In this document: piece by piece, positions 11,487 to 24,599 of the stretch
Position numbering within the stretch: the stretch's first letter is position 1
Layout of the letters: every line of letters starts with the position of its first letter
NCBI GenBank assembly: GCA_964016885.1
Contig: OZ024740.1
Location: 88,288,001 to 88,352,000, forward strand
Direction of reading: 5' to 3'
DNA length: 64,000 bases
DNA from: Eledone cirrhosa
Taxonomy: Eukaryota
Notes under the pieces: model-generated
The model's database searches: none
Told to the model about the DNA's origin: nothing
Seen by the model: the letters and a program-made list of their open reading frames with translations, nothing else
Translations under genes and position numbers: made by a program

Positions 11487-11882
11487 GTTAAAGAAGAGAA
11501 CAAAAGGTAGAAGGGAGCACTTGCACAACACGCTCCTGGAGTTGAGGGTTGTTCTATCGACGGGGTATTAAACAACCCATTTGTGACGCTTCCCCCTTAT
11601 TGGTGATTTCGATTGTTGTAATTGTTTGTTTTTATATTTTTTTTTACTGTATGTAAAATCCCCGGCATGTCTTTGTATTGTCCCCTTTTCTTGTGCGCCC
11701 TTGTGGCAAATAAAGAAATCTATCTATATATCTACCTTTATAAAGTATATTTGTTATTCATTTTCTATTCTATAATTATAGTTTAAACTTCGGTTATAGA
11801 ATCCGTAAATCAAACAAATCTTGTTTACATTCTAATCATCTCTCTGTATCTCTCTGTCTCTGTCTCACTCGGTCTCTCTCTC

Positions 11883-11934
<52 letters not shown>

Positions 11935-13185
11935 AGGGATTTGTAGTTTACTTGAATCATTGTATATATGCATATACATCTAAACAACGCGCTTCAGCAC
12001 AGCTTCTATCTAACAGATTCCTCCGTAGAAAGCCACAGGTTTTAAACCACACAGCCTCGCCGTATTTCTTTATAGACCTCCACATTTAGGTGCATCTACG
12101 TTTACTAGCATAATTCCTATCTATAATTGGCCTTTATAGTTTCTGTAGATCCTGTTTATGCTTTTTCAGAAACCCTTTGATTTGCTCCCAGTAACTACCG
12201 ATAAATATTTTCTACTCTGAACTTCGTTCGTATAATATATTTTAATCATCTCCGAATACAAAACCAAAGATTTTTACGGTAAGTATGCTACTCGGGGAGT
12301 TTTATTTAGTTTCTTTCTTCGTCTTAACACTATTATTTAATAACATTACCCAGGAACTTTAGATACTCATGTTAATCCCCCCCCCCCTTTTATCTGCATC
12401 GATCCTTGAGTTATATATTTTGATAATATTCCCACAAACAATTTTATGTCCCAGCTTCAGTATGTTTTATCTTATATAACGTTAGAAATACCTGACAAAT
12501 TTGTTTAGCTACTCCATTTTTTTTTCATAGAATATCGATTACTTCACAGTTATTATTCTTCTACGCTTATTTATTTTCTTTTATTTTCATTACGTGCTGT
12601 ACGGAACATCTGGTCGTCGTTCCATGGTTCCTGTTGCATATCAGTTTTTCTATGAGAGGATGTTGCTAAACCTTTCTCCATTTTAGGGAAAAAAAACGGT
12701 GTTAATGCCTTTCGCCTACTATAGCTTCCATTGCGAAATATTGCCTATTCTGGGAGAGGGAGAAAGAGGGTATTTGAAGAAGTGATTTGAAGAAGGGAGC
12801 GGAGGTGAGAGAGAAACAGTGGGGTTGAGTGGGAAACAGAAAGAGTGCGGGCGAAATGAAGTTAATTACGTGAATTTCTTTATTCCCTTTATATTTAGCA
12901 TGTAATACTTTATTGTATAGAAGACGTTGCTCAAGTGTATATACAAATTCATTTAATAGCTAACTGGTTAGCCTTGTTACTCAAGAGTTTCACCTGCACA
13001 GTTGGTTGATGATCAGTGCGTATGTGATACACCAGTGTAACAAGGCTCACCACTTAGACAATGAATAGATATTTAAACACTACTTCGGTATTGAGTACTT
13101 TTTATCACGTCTCTGAATAAAACACGCTATCAAGGATCTTAGCTATATATATATACTAGATCCGACTGGTAGATCCGAAATAAAC

Positions 13186-13520
<335 letters not shown>

Positions 13521-14433
13521 ATATATATATATATATATAACACGCATATATTTCTTCTTACTGAATTTCGTTCCTCAAATTTAGACTATAATAGAATACA
13601 TACGTGATGGTGTCGCGTAGTCGAATATCGTCCTATTTAATTAAGTCAGTCTGACTTCCTGTTGAAACAGGGAACCACACGTTTACTAGATGTCTCCTCC
13701 CACCATCACTCTTCCTACTTACGATAAGTTTTATTGCCTGTGATCTACTCTCTCTTCAATACATTCTTCCTTCGAGATTACACGTATGGCTGGCTCGGAC
13801 GATATAACGAAATGGAAGTTGAAATGTAATACAGCAACATTGAATTCAGAACAGAATTTCCCTAGCAAGCGTTGCGGTCGTGTCAGTTGTTTATATATTG
13901 GCTCCGTCAGCTTCCAACTACTCTGCAACAGAAGTCCAGCCTGGAAGATTATAAACGTGTAAATGTGTATGTGATATATATATATAAATAAGAAAAAAAA
14001 AAAAAAAAAAGAGAGAGATGGAGAGACAGCGAGGGAGATAGATAGATAGATAGAGAAACTGTGTGTGTATGTAACAGTCACTCAACATAAACGGAATCAC
14101 ACCTCGTTTTATTTTCCAAATGTCCGCCTGACACGACTCTTTCTTTATCAACAATCTAACCAAAACTGACCATTACTACTTTTACAAAGCACTGACAATA
14201 ACAAGTTACTTACTTACTAGAAGCAACTAATAAACTAGTAAATGTTCTTTTCTTACACCACACAGCATAACCAAAGGAGGTTTAAAGAATTGATTAATTA
14301 ATATCCACAAAAACAACATTCTGCAGTGTAAACTCATTATCTATTAATTTTATGTATTCACATATAAACCCATATGTGTATAATTTATATATACGAATTG
14401 GTGTACTTATCAAGTTTTTATTTGTATCATTTA

Positions 14434-14850
14434 CTAGCAGAGGTACCCGGCGTTGCTCGGGTATTAAATAGCTGTTATGTATACCATTTATGTCAATACT
14501 TCAGTGCTGTTTCGAAAACTATACTTTTACAAAATCATCGGCTTTTTCCAAAAGGGGGTTCCCGCCCCCAGGAGTCCCCTACTCAATATGTGCCAATTCT
14601 GAGAGTTCACATTCATCTGTAGAACAAACGTAGCCCAAGTGTCAAGTTTTGTGAAAATTGGTTGCGAACTCCAGAAGTTATTATGTTTTGCTGCATTGCA
14701 CTGCAGTGCTTCAGTCGACTCCAAGGGGGTTATCTGCCGGGAGGCCCTATAATCAATATCTGGAAAAATGAAAGTGGCCATGACCATCTGGAGTACATAA
14801 GTAACCTATGTCTTAAGTTTGGTGAAAATACTGTAGAAATGCATAAGATT
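14434..14850 (-). mobile_element. Non-autonomous Helitron-like element, 3' end
   Basis: The minus strand ends in hairpin CCCGAGCAACGCCGGG followed by ...CTGCTAG|T, a Helitron-type 3' hairpin + CTRR. Confidence 0.6.
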
Positions 14851-14877
14851 AACACACACACGCGCGCGCGGGTGTGC

Positions 14878-14919
<42 letters not shown>

Positions 14920-15026
14920 TTGTGTGTGCGTATGTATATGTATGTGTATGTCCGTCGGCGAATACGTATGTACTGGCCTAAATCTTCACTATTTACTTTT
15001 ACTATTTTAAGGCAAAGTTAAAAACC

Positions 15027-15130
15027 CGTCGAGGTTAACTTTGCCTTTCATCCTTACGGGGTCGATAAAATAAAGTACCACTAATGTACTGGGTAATTGC
15101 TGGCCTTGTGACAAAAGTAGAAACAACTAT
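15027..15130 (+). mobile_element. tRNA-derived SINE family A, 5'-truncated
   Basis: GAGGTTAACTTTGCCTTTCATCCTTACGGGGTCGATAAAATAAAGTACCA...GTAGAAACAA matches the full copies. Confidence 0.85.
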
Positions 15131-15508
15131 TTTAATAACCTCTGACATTTTCGTTTACAATTTTATTTACATCATTCTTAAACTCCGGGGCTGGAAATCA
15201 TTCGGTTATTTTAAATAAAATATTAGTCTAACGACACCATCAACTTGGTCTTGTCTTTGCATGAAATTGTTCTTTTCGTTCCACATAACGACTTATTATC
15301 CTCACCTTTTTTCTGTTCATTAATAGGGAACGTCTTCACGGACCAAAATATCGTCTTCCTGTTTTCCTTCGGTTGCAACGTTTCTCGAAATATTTAATTC
15401 TGCGTTCACAGATTGAATTTTTTAGTTTCAGAAGATTCCGTTAATGTTGAAAGCAGCGATTCTTTGCTTAAACTTTCTTTCTTTCTCAACCCCTTTCCCC
15501 TTTTTCTC

Positions 15509-15580
<72 letters not shown>

Positions 15581-15630
15581 ATACCCCCTCTCTCTCTCTT
15601 CCTCTACAGAATGGAGAAAAATAAAGAACG

Positions 15631-15707
<77 letters not shown>

Positions 15708-16559
15708 TTATATATATATGTGTGTTTGTGTGTGTAAACCAGCGTTCGTCGCCATTCTCTCTCTCTCTGTCTCTCTATCTGATTATCTTGTACCTCTCTC
15801 TGTATAACGACCTATCTCACTCGCTCTCTCTACATCTCCATTTCTATCTTGTATATGTATATGTATATGTGTGTGTGTGTGATATATATATAGAGAGAGT
15901 TGCAACATGTATGTAGTTTCATAGATTTTTGAGGGTAGTAGTGTATTCAAATAGACTTGTTTTCAAGTAAAAATATTTTATTCATAGTTACACAAACAAC
16001 ATTACAAATCGTTTGCAATTCCTTCAGAATGAAAATATAAACAGAGCATATAAATAAATTTACAGTAGAATAACATAACAAATATGTTTTAAATATATAC
16101 ATAAATAACATTACAAATGCCTCGGTAACACTACAAAGGATTATACAATGAAAGATATATTCCTTCAATGCTACAATATTAAAGAAAATGTAAAGGAAGG
16201 GGTGAACAACGGAGCCAACACCAGAGCAAAAGACAGCAACGTCGCGAGTACTGGGCAACCTCTCTAATGATTTTTGAGGCAAGCCAGCGCACTCGCAGCG
16301 TTGCCTCGGGTGATGGCGAGGCTGATGCGCTGAAATATTGTTTTAAAAGACTTTTTAATGGAAATGAAGCAAAATGGAAGCTTAATGTTGAAACTTCGAA
16401 CTCATGAATTTTGCAGGTTAAAATTTTGCTGGCCCGAAAATTGTTCGCGTATTTTTGTACTTTTGCACGCGTAGTTTGTTCGTAACGTAAATAGATAAAC
16501 AAATGACGCGATAAAAGGGAAATAACTCGTCTCTCACCTCTATTTATACATTTGAATTG

Positions 16560-17770
16560 AAAAATCAATACATTACAAATTCGATTTTTGCACTTGGCGT
16601 GGGCCGATTTGAAAATATTTTTGACCGATTTCTCCGCCAGACCTTCATCTATAAGTGTAGCAAATTTGAACGTACGGTTTAGGAAGAGATGTGTGCCGAC
16701 CGTTTTAGTAGATAGACAGACAGATAACCTCAGTTTTATATATATAGACTAGCAGAAAACTACTCGGTGGGCGGTTTTCTGCTAGCAAATCTAGTGTATA
16801 TACTGATATTGTTGAGATTTGGATGATAAATGTTTTCGGCACCACATGTTCACCGTCTCTCGGTGTGTCTTTTATGCATGTATAAATATATATGTTATCT
16901 ATACGGTGAAAACTTTGAAATAAATATATGTTAAAACGAAAAAGGAGAAAAAGAGATTAGTGACGGAAATATAAACGTTATGATACATAAACGTTATGAT
17001 ATAACGATGGAAATATATAAACGTTTACGATAAAACGATGGAAATAGAAACGTTTATATATAATTGTTTCTACGTTAGGCACAAGGCCAACAATTACCCA
17101 GTGCATTACTGGTACTTTATTTTATCGACCCCGTAAGGATGAAAGGCAAAGTTAACCTCAGCGGTATTTGAACTCAGAATGGCAAGGGCCATAACTCTAT
17201 ACGTCAAAGCATGGCGTATAGAGTTACGGCCCTTGCCATTCTGAGTTCAAATACCGCTGAGGTTAACTTTGCCTTTCATCCTTTATATATACGTTTATAT
17301 ATAATGATAAGCCGAAACACTCGTAAGCCGAAACACTCGTAAGTCGAAACACTCGTAAAGCGAAACGTATAAATAAAGATTAATGCAATGAATTTGAAAA
17401 GCATAGAGATTTGAAACCGCGTCTATTTGTTTCCTTGGCATTTTTTACAGACGGACAGACAGACAAACAAACAGAGAAATGCCCATTATATATTATAAGT
17501 AGACTTGGCATGGTGTCAAGTCAGAACCGCCTCGAACTGGTTACTTCTGGCTTGTGCAAGGTGTCTCTATAGCAACCAGCGATTCCCTCAGCCTCAGTGA
17601 CCAAAGTCAGTGGAGATGGGAAGGTAATGTTTCTATAGCGACAGTGTTTCTCTTGGTAGTACCAAAGTGGAGAAAGGAAGGGGAAGGTAATATTTCTGTA
17701 GCACCTACATTTGAGTTTTAGGGAAGGACAGACAGACAGACAGACAAACAGAGAAATGCTCATATATTAC
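16560..17770 (-). mobile_element. Tandem non-autonomous Helitron-like units (junction at 16748/16749; unit 16749-17503 carries a SINE fold-back)
   Basis: On the minus strand units begin TCTA(C/T)...TATA...(TGTC)n and end hairpin+CTAG. 16749-16950 is near-identical to 24740-24945. Confidence 0.65.
17061..17283. mobile_element. SINE family A (minus) with an inverted duplication forming a ~150-bp hairpin (17135-17283)
   Basis: AAGGATGAAAGGCAAAGTTAACCTCAGCGG...CCGCTGAGGTTAACTTTGCCTTTCATCCTT. Confidence 0.85.
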
Positions 17771-17834
<64 letters not shown>

Positions 17835-18488
17835 GTATAAAAATCAATACAATATAATTACCTCATTACCAGAGGTTTCCCGAATGAGGCGAATACGAAA
17901 TAAACGACTTCATTCGTTCGTCAGACGAGGCAATATAAAACATGGGCAAATACTTAGAAAACACATCAAGAAAATCAAAAAAAGATATAGATAAATGAAA
18001 TAGAAATTGAAATATATAAAAATCTATCAAGAAATATAGTTAGGTGTGTGTATATGTATGTATATACGCTCACAGATGTGCATATATGTATATGCGCACA
18101 TGTATATGTATAGTGAGAAAGTGTGCGTAATTCTAAAATTTAGGGCAAATGTATCTATATGTCTGTATTATACAGACAGAAATGGTTACATCGTAAATAT
18201 ATGAATATGAAGGCGCGCGCATAAAACGCCTGCACACTCGTACACTTAGATGCGGAAAGAAAGGAGGTAAGGGAGTGTAATAATTAAAAGAAAAGTATCA
18301 ATCTCGATATATTTATAAAAATATAATAACGATAAATTAGAAAGAAAAGATATTAGAAAGAAAAAATTAAAGAACACAAAAAAAAGGGGGTACATACATA
18401 CACAGACATGCGTGTCTCACAAAAGAAATGTAAAAATAATTATGCTTATATACACACGCGCACTTACACATCCATACGTTCGATACGT

Positions 18489-18519
<31 letters not shown>

Positions 18520-18722
18520 TACTTATACTCACGCATATAAACCTGTTTGCATGCCCACGCCTGAAACTGAGTAAGTAAAAAAAGGGAAAGGGGGGGGGAG
18601 AAGAAAAAAAGGAACAAAACATAAAACCGAGATGTCAAAAACACGGATATAAAGACACGTACACATACGCATAATATATACATACACACACACACAAACA
18701 CATGTACACACACATATATATA

Positions 18723-18756
<34 letters not shown>

Positions 18757-19154
18757 CATACACGCACGCGCGCGCACACACGTAGTCACTCATGTACATA
18801 TATAAAAAGTATACACACATTAAGGCGTTCAGCCATATTGATACAGGGTGTAAAAAACTTGTGGATAAATAAGTACAAATATAAAATTGTAAGATAGGCT
18901 GCGCAAAAATAAAATAAAAATAAAAATGAAAAATATATCTGGATGAAAAACACAAAAGACAAGTGTAATCAGTTAGTGGAGGAAAAGGGAAGCAAAAGAA
19001 GGGGAAATAAAAAATAGAAAATAGAAAGTGGATCGGAGAATAAAGGGGGGGGGGGGTGTGAAGTAAAAATAAAAGTGAAAATAAATGAAATTATTGACGA
19101 GGATAAAAATGAAAGTAAGTCAGAAAGGGTAATTAAAAAGAGAATAATAAGAGT

Positions 19155-21220
19155 TTATGGAGGATAAGTATCTGAAAGTGTGTTAAGTTTATATGAGCTG
19201 GAAAGCAGGTGTGATTTCATGTGTGGGCAACTGGTGAAAATTTCCGTCTTTGTGTTCAGGCAGGTCTTTGGTGATTTAAGATTTTGCAATATCCAAAATT
19301 TTTCATTTATGCAGAGCGTGCATTTTCTTGTTCCTCTAGCATATTTTTTAGATTGGTTCAAAATTGACCAATCTAGTTTATATTGGATGCCTTGGTCTTT
19401 CAAATCCCAAATTCTGCTAGCCAGAGCTGTTGTAAATCTTTTTTCTGGATGTCGAAAGGATGCGACATGTGAGTAATAACGCGTTTTGAATCTGTCTTGC
19501 GTCATACCCACATATCGTTCACTGGTGGCTGGATGGTTGTTGCTGATGGTTGTCACTTTAGCCGCATATACAATGGCTTTGGTGTTGCATTTACCTTGTA
19601 AGGGGCATTCACCTTTGATTCTACAGGAGCAAGTTTGATTTTCTCTAGGTGATATTTTGTTGAGGATATAGGACTTAATAGGGGGACCGCAGGAATAGCT
19701 AATTTTAACACAGTTTCTGTTAAAGATCTTATAGTATCTATGTGTTCTAGGGAAATGTTTATCTAGGAGTTCTATGAATTTTTTGCCTACATTAGTTTTA
19801 ACTGCTAGAGAGTAGTGGGGTGTGAACCAGATTATTTTTCTTTTCCTATTTTTATGTTTAATAGAGTTAGTGTAGTTAGGTATGTATTTAATCGGTTCGC
19901 TAAAGCCGCTATTTTGGAGGGCTTTATTATAGTAGGGGGATGCCTTATTAAAAATAGCTTCTGAGGAAGAGAGGGTGGAGATCCTACGGCTAATATTAGG
20001 GATAAGGTTTTTAAAAACTATAGGTGGATGGCAAGATCCTTTATTTATATATTTTAAGTTTTCATTAGGTTTATGGTATGGTTTATAAGAAGCAGTAGGC
20101 AAATCTAGGTTTATATCTAGGAAATCTACGTTGGAAAGGTTAGTGTCAATAGTAATTTTAAAATTAAAACTAGCGAAGGTTTTTATTAAGTCTTTCCTTA
20201 ATCTATCTAAGTTATGGCCTATGGTGGTATGGGAAAGTATTAGACCATCATCGCGATAAAGCCCAAAAATATGGTTAGGAAATTTTTCTTTAAGTGTATG
20301 TAAGAGGAATAGGCCGACCAGATCACAAACCTCGGCACTGTCATAAGAGCCCATTGAGACATCGAATGGGTTCTCTGGGTTAGATATTTTTACCCAAGTG
20401 TCATTATCATTAAAAAGTAGAGTGTTCCTAGCATGCAAGAGGACATTCTCTTCAATATCGGAGATATTAGTGAACCCTCTAGCGAAATTTAAAGCTTTCA
20501 CTAAAAGGGTCTGAGTAATAGATGGGTAGAAATCTACAATGTCAAATTGGGTGAATCTAGAACTGATTTTGTTTTTAATATTATTAAACCAATGTACTAC
20601 GGAAGAGCTATTTATCCATTGGAGTAATTTAGACTTACTTCTAATGTGTGTATTTAATTTATTTAACATTTTTTTGCTGGCAAGACCAATATCAGTCTTA
20701 GCAGGGTTGATTAATCTACAACTAGGACGATTAATAAAGTCGGGTTTATGATCTTTAAGGGTGATATACGCAGAAGGTTTAGCAAGTTTTTCTGTCCTAT
20801 TATCTATTTTTAAAGAAACAGCTAATTCTTTAGCTTCCTTATTTATATTATGGTACGTATTTATATTAGCTATTTGGTATTTAGAGGTGATATTATCTAT
20901 TAATAGTTGGTCGTGTAAATTATTATTAACTTCATATAGGTTTTTAGTTTTATCAGAGAAGATGAACTTATTATTAGAAGATTTGAAAGTAGAAATATCA
21001 TTAGATAATTTAGATTGAAAGGGGTTAGAGTACTTACGAAAATTGATGTTGTTGATAAGGTTAACTAGGTCTAATTCAAAGGCGGTCATATCTTTTACTC
21101 TATGCGGGTATTTGTGAGTTTTGATGTCAAAATATTCCGTAGAATCCGTGTTAAATTGACCATCGAGAATCAAAGCTTTCCATCTCATTCTTTTAACAAC
21201 CTTCTCTACTTTGTCTATCT
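19155..21220 (-). CDS. Penelope-like element polyprotein (RT + C-terminal GIY-YIG endonuclease); uninterrupted frame of 677+ aa, N-terminus truncated by microsatellite
   Basis: Motifs: [91 protein letters not shown]...YVGMT...[19 protein letters not shown]. The frame continues upstream of the annotated Met ([15 protein letters not shown]). Confidence 0.93.
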
Positions 21221-21224
21221 ATAT

Positions 21225-21846
<622 letters not shown>

Positions 21847-21965
21847 TAGAACAAAATTATTATTAATGTTTTGCTGTTCATAACAATTGGAATTGAAAAA
21901 TTACTTTTGAAATTATTAGTTATTTTACTAATGCTTAGATATGTAAAAATGAAGCAATGTTTCTA

Positions 21966-22155
21966 ATAATTGTTTCTACTTTTGGCACAAGGCCAGCAAT
22001 TACCCAGTACATACTGGTACTTTATTTTATCGACCCCGTGAGGATGAAAGGCAAAGTTAACCTAGGTGGTATTTGAACTCAGACCGCAAAGGGACGCAAC
22101 TCCATGCTATGAAGCATGGTGTCCGACTCTCTACAGATTCTGCCAATCTACCGCC
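21966..22155 (-). mobile_element. tRNA-derived SINE family A, full length
   Basis: Reverse complement of GGGCGG..ATTGGCAG..TC.GTAGAG (A box)...GAGTTCAAAT.CC (B box)...GTAGAAACAATTAT. Confidence 0.88.
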
Positions 22156-22480
22156 CTAATGTCTGTACGTAATGAGGGAGTGAGAGGGGAGAGAAAGAAA
22201 GGCAGAGGTGAAGTGACAAAGTGACTCTCTCCTCCTCCTCCTCCATCTCCCCATTCGTCACAGCGATAGAGGGGAGGAATGTTAGTGTGTTACAAAGAGA
22301 AAGAGTGAGAGTGAGAGAAACAGACAGACTAAAAGAGAGGGATAACTGGAGAGAGAGAGAGATAGCAACAGATACAGTACAGTAGCTAAGGGATGTATAT
22401 ATATTTCTGTGTGTATATATATATACATTTCTGTGTGTGTAATATATATATATATACACACAGAAATATATATACATTTC

Positions 22481-22499
<19 letters not shown>

Positions 22500-22515
<16 letters not shown>

Positions 22516-22543
22516 TACACACACAGAAATGTATATATATTTC

Positions 22544-22596
<53 letters not shown>

Positions 22597-23490
22597 CACA
22601 CACAGAAATGTATATATATTTCTGTGTGTATATATATATATATATATTTCTGTGTGTGTATATATATATATATTACACACACACAGAAATGTATATATGT
22701 TTCTGTAGCACTCCTCAATTCCCCCCTCTCTCGCTCCCGCTATCCCCCTCTTGTAGTATGTCTCTTTCTTTCACTCGCACTCTCTCACTCTCTCTCTACG
22801 CGTGCGCAAAAAACATTCGCACGCGCGCACGTGTTTCTACTGTCGCACAGACAGACAGAGAAATTGCTGGTTATATATTATAAGGAGACTAGCAGAAAAC
22901 CACCCGTTGGGTAGTTTTCTGCTAGTATATATATATATTACACACAGAAATGTATATATATTTCTGTGTGTGTATATATATATATATATTACACACACAG
23001 AAATGTATATATATTTCTGTGTGTATATACATATATATTACACACATAGAAATGTATATATATATTTCTGTGTGTATATATATATATATTTCTGTGTGTG
23101 TATATATATATTACACACACACAGAAATGTATATAAGTTTCTGTAGCGCTCCTCAATTCCCCCCTCTCTCCCTCTCGCTATCCCCCTCTTGTAGTCTGTC
23201 TCTTTCTTTCACTCTCACTCTCTCTCTACGCGTGCGCAAAAAACATTCGCACGCGTGCAGTTGTTTTAGCGTCTATTCACTCTCTCTCTCTCCCTCTCTC
23301 CCTCCCGCTATCCCCCTCTCGTAGTCTGTCTCTTTCTTTCACTCTCACTCTCTCGCTACGCGTGCGCAAAAAATATTCGCACGCGCGCACGTGTTTCCAC
23401 TGCCGGACAGACAGACAGAGAAATTGCTGGTTATATATTATAAAGAGACTAGCAGAATGGCCCGGCGTTGCTCTGGATTTGCTCTAGGGT
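22500..23490 (-). mobile_element. Head-to-tail non-autonomous Helitron-like units containing the hairpin minisatellite (junctions at 22888/22889 and 23448/23449)
   Basis: Repeated GACAGACAGAGAAATTGCTGGTTATATATTATAA.GAGA|CTAGCAGAA junction. Hairpins CTAGCAGAAAAC...GTTTTCTGCTAG and CCCGGCGTTGCTCTGG. Confidence 0.65.
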
Positions 23491-23798
23491 TCTTATATAT
23501 TTGATATATATTTATCCTTATCGAGCCTCGTGAAATAAATACGTTTGTTTATATTTTGTTATTGTGTATGCAAACATATCTGTACACGAATATATAATTA
23601 TATATATATATATATATAACAGTACAGAGAAGTACGGAATACCTCGACCTCTGGATGGTGTCTACATTTTGTGCTTATGAAAACAATTCGTTGTAGATTA
23701 CCAGGGGTTTTTCCCGTGCGAAGAAAATCAATACTTTATCGCGAAATAAATACTTTTGTTTATATTTTGTTATTGTGTATGCAAAAATATCTGTATAC

Positions 23799-23888
<90 letters not shown>

Positions 23889-23934
23889 TAAAATAACAGA
23901 TTAAAGTTTAAGTAAAGAATCTATATATATAATA

Positions 23935-24149
23935 GGTTGTGAGTTCAATTCTCGGACCGGGTGATGTGTTGTTTCCTTGAGCAAGACACTTTATTTCACA
24001 TTGCTCCAGCACTCACTGTAAATGAGCTTGGTGTTATGAAGAGCATCCAGCTGTAGAAATCAAGCCGACCGGACACTGCCAACAACAGGACAACATGTCT
24101 AACCAATGCTAACGTGGAAGAACGGACGTAAAACGGTGATGATGATGAT
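23935..24149 (+). mobile_element. tRNA-derived SINE family B with (GAT)n tail; related 5' part at 27092-27235
   Basis: B box GAGTTCAATTCT, central TCCTTGAGCAAGACACTTTATTTCAC, 3' GAACGGACGTAAAACGGTGATGATGATGA. Confidence 0.7.
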
Positions 24150-24342
24150 ATATATATATATATTAAAATAACAGTTTAAAGTTTAAGCAAAGAATCGTTG
24201 CTTTCACCCTTAACGGGATCTTCTGAAACTAAAATAAAAAATCGAAAAATGTTACACACTATATATATATACATATATACGCACACACAGCTACATCATA
24301 ATGACGTAATGCAGACAGCTTGGCATACAGACAGATATTATA

Positions 24343-24534
24343 AGGGCGGTGAATTGGCAGTATCGGTAGAGGGTCGGACGCCATGCTTTGACGCATAGAG
24401 TTACGGCCCTTGCCATTCTGAGTTCAAATCCCGCCGAGGTTAACTTTGCCTTTCATCCTTTCGGGGTCGATAAAATAAAGTACCAGTAATGTACTGGGTA
24501 ATTGCTGGCCTTGTGCCAATAGTAGAAACAATTA
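24343..24534 (+). mobile_element. tRNA-derived SINE family A, full length, with TSD-like ATTATAAGGGCG
   Basis: A box TGGCAGTATCGG, B box GAGTTCAAATCCC, central GCCTTTCATCCTTTCGGGGTCGATAAAATAAAGTACCAG (resembles the Nin/Deu SINE domain). Confidence 0.9.
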
Positions 24535-24599
24535 TAAGGGCGCAACGTTATATCTATGTATCTATCTAAAAAGAGAAAGACTGAGAGAGAGATCGCTAA

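Larger units (their letters stand above)
6935..11718 (+). mobile_element. Near full-length but inactivated Tx1/L1-clade LINE (copy C): ORF1 remnant + APE-RT-CCHC ORF2 + 3' UTR
   Basis: ORF1 has a degenerate knuckle RRPHCFKCASTSYLKASFP. ORF2 motifs are SVNVRGL, IAITES, LVGDWN, SYLDRFF, YSDHKLV, GPGYWKLN, KSPGLDGLPYEFY, RPITMLNTELKILAKVL, IRQGCALS, AYADVV and CPRC..ETVLHAIVHC. It ends AATAAAGAAA-TCTATCTA. Confidence 0.93.

Noticed and set aside
10593-11531. 312-aa minus-strand ORF and other antisense ORFs over the LINEs
   Set aside because: They are shadows of GC-richer LINE ORF2 sequence, with no motifs and no matching ORF of that length in copy B.
17309-17370. (AAGCCGAAACACTCGT)x3 as a CRISPR-like array
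   Set aside because: The repeats are contiguous with no spacers, there are no cas genes, and the context is eukaryotic.
24343-24435. tRNA genes at SINE heads
   Set aside because: A and B boxes are present but there is no clean cloverleaf, and each continues into the SINE body.
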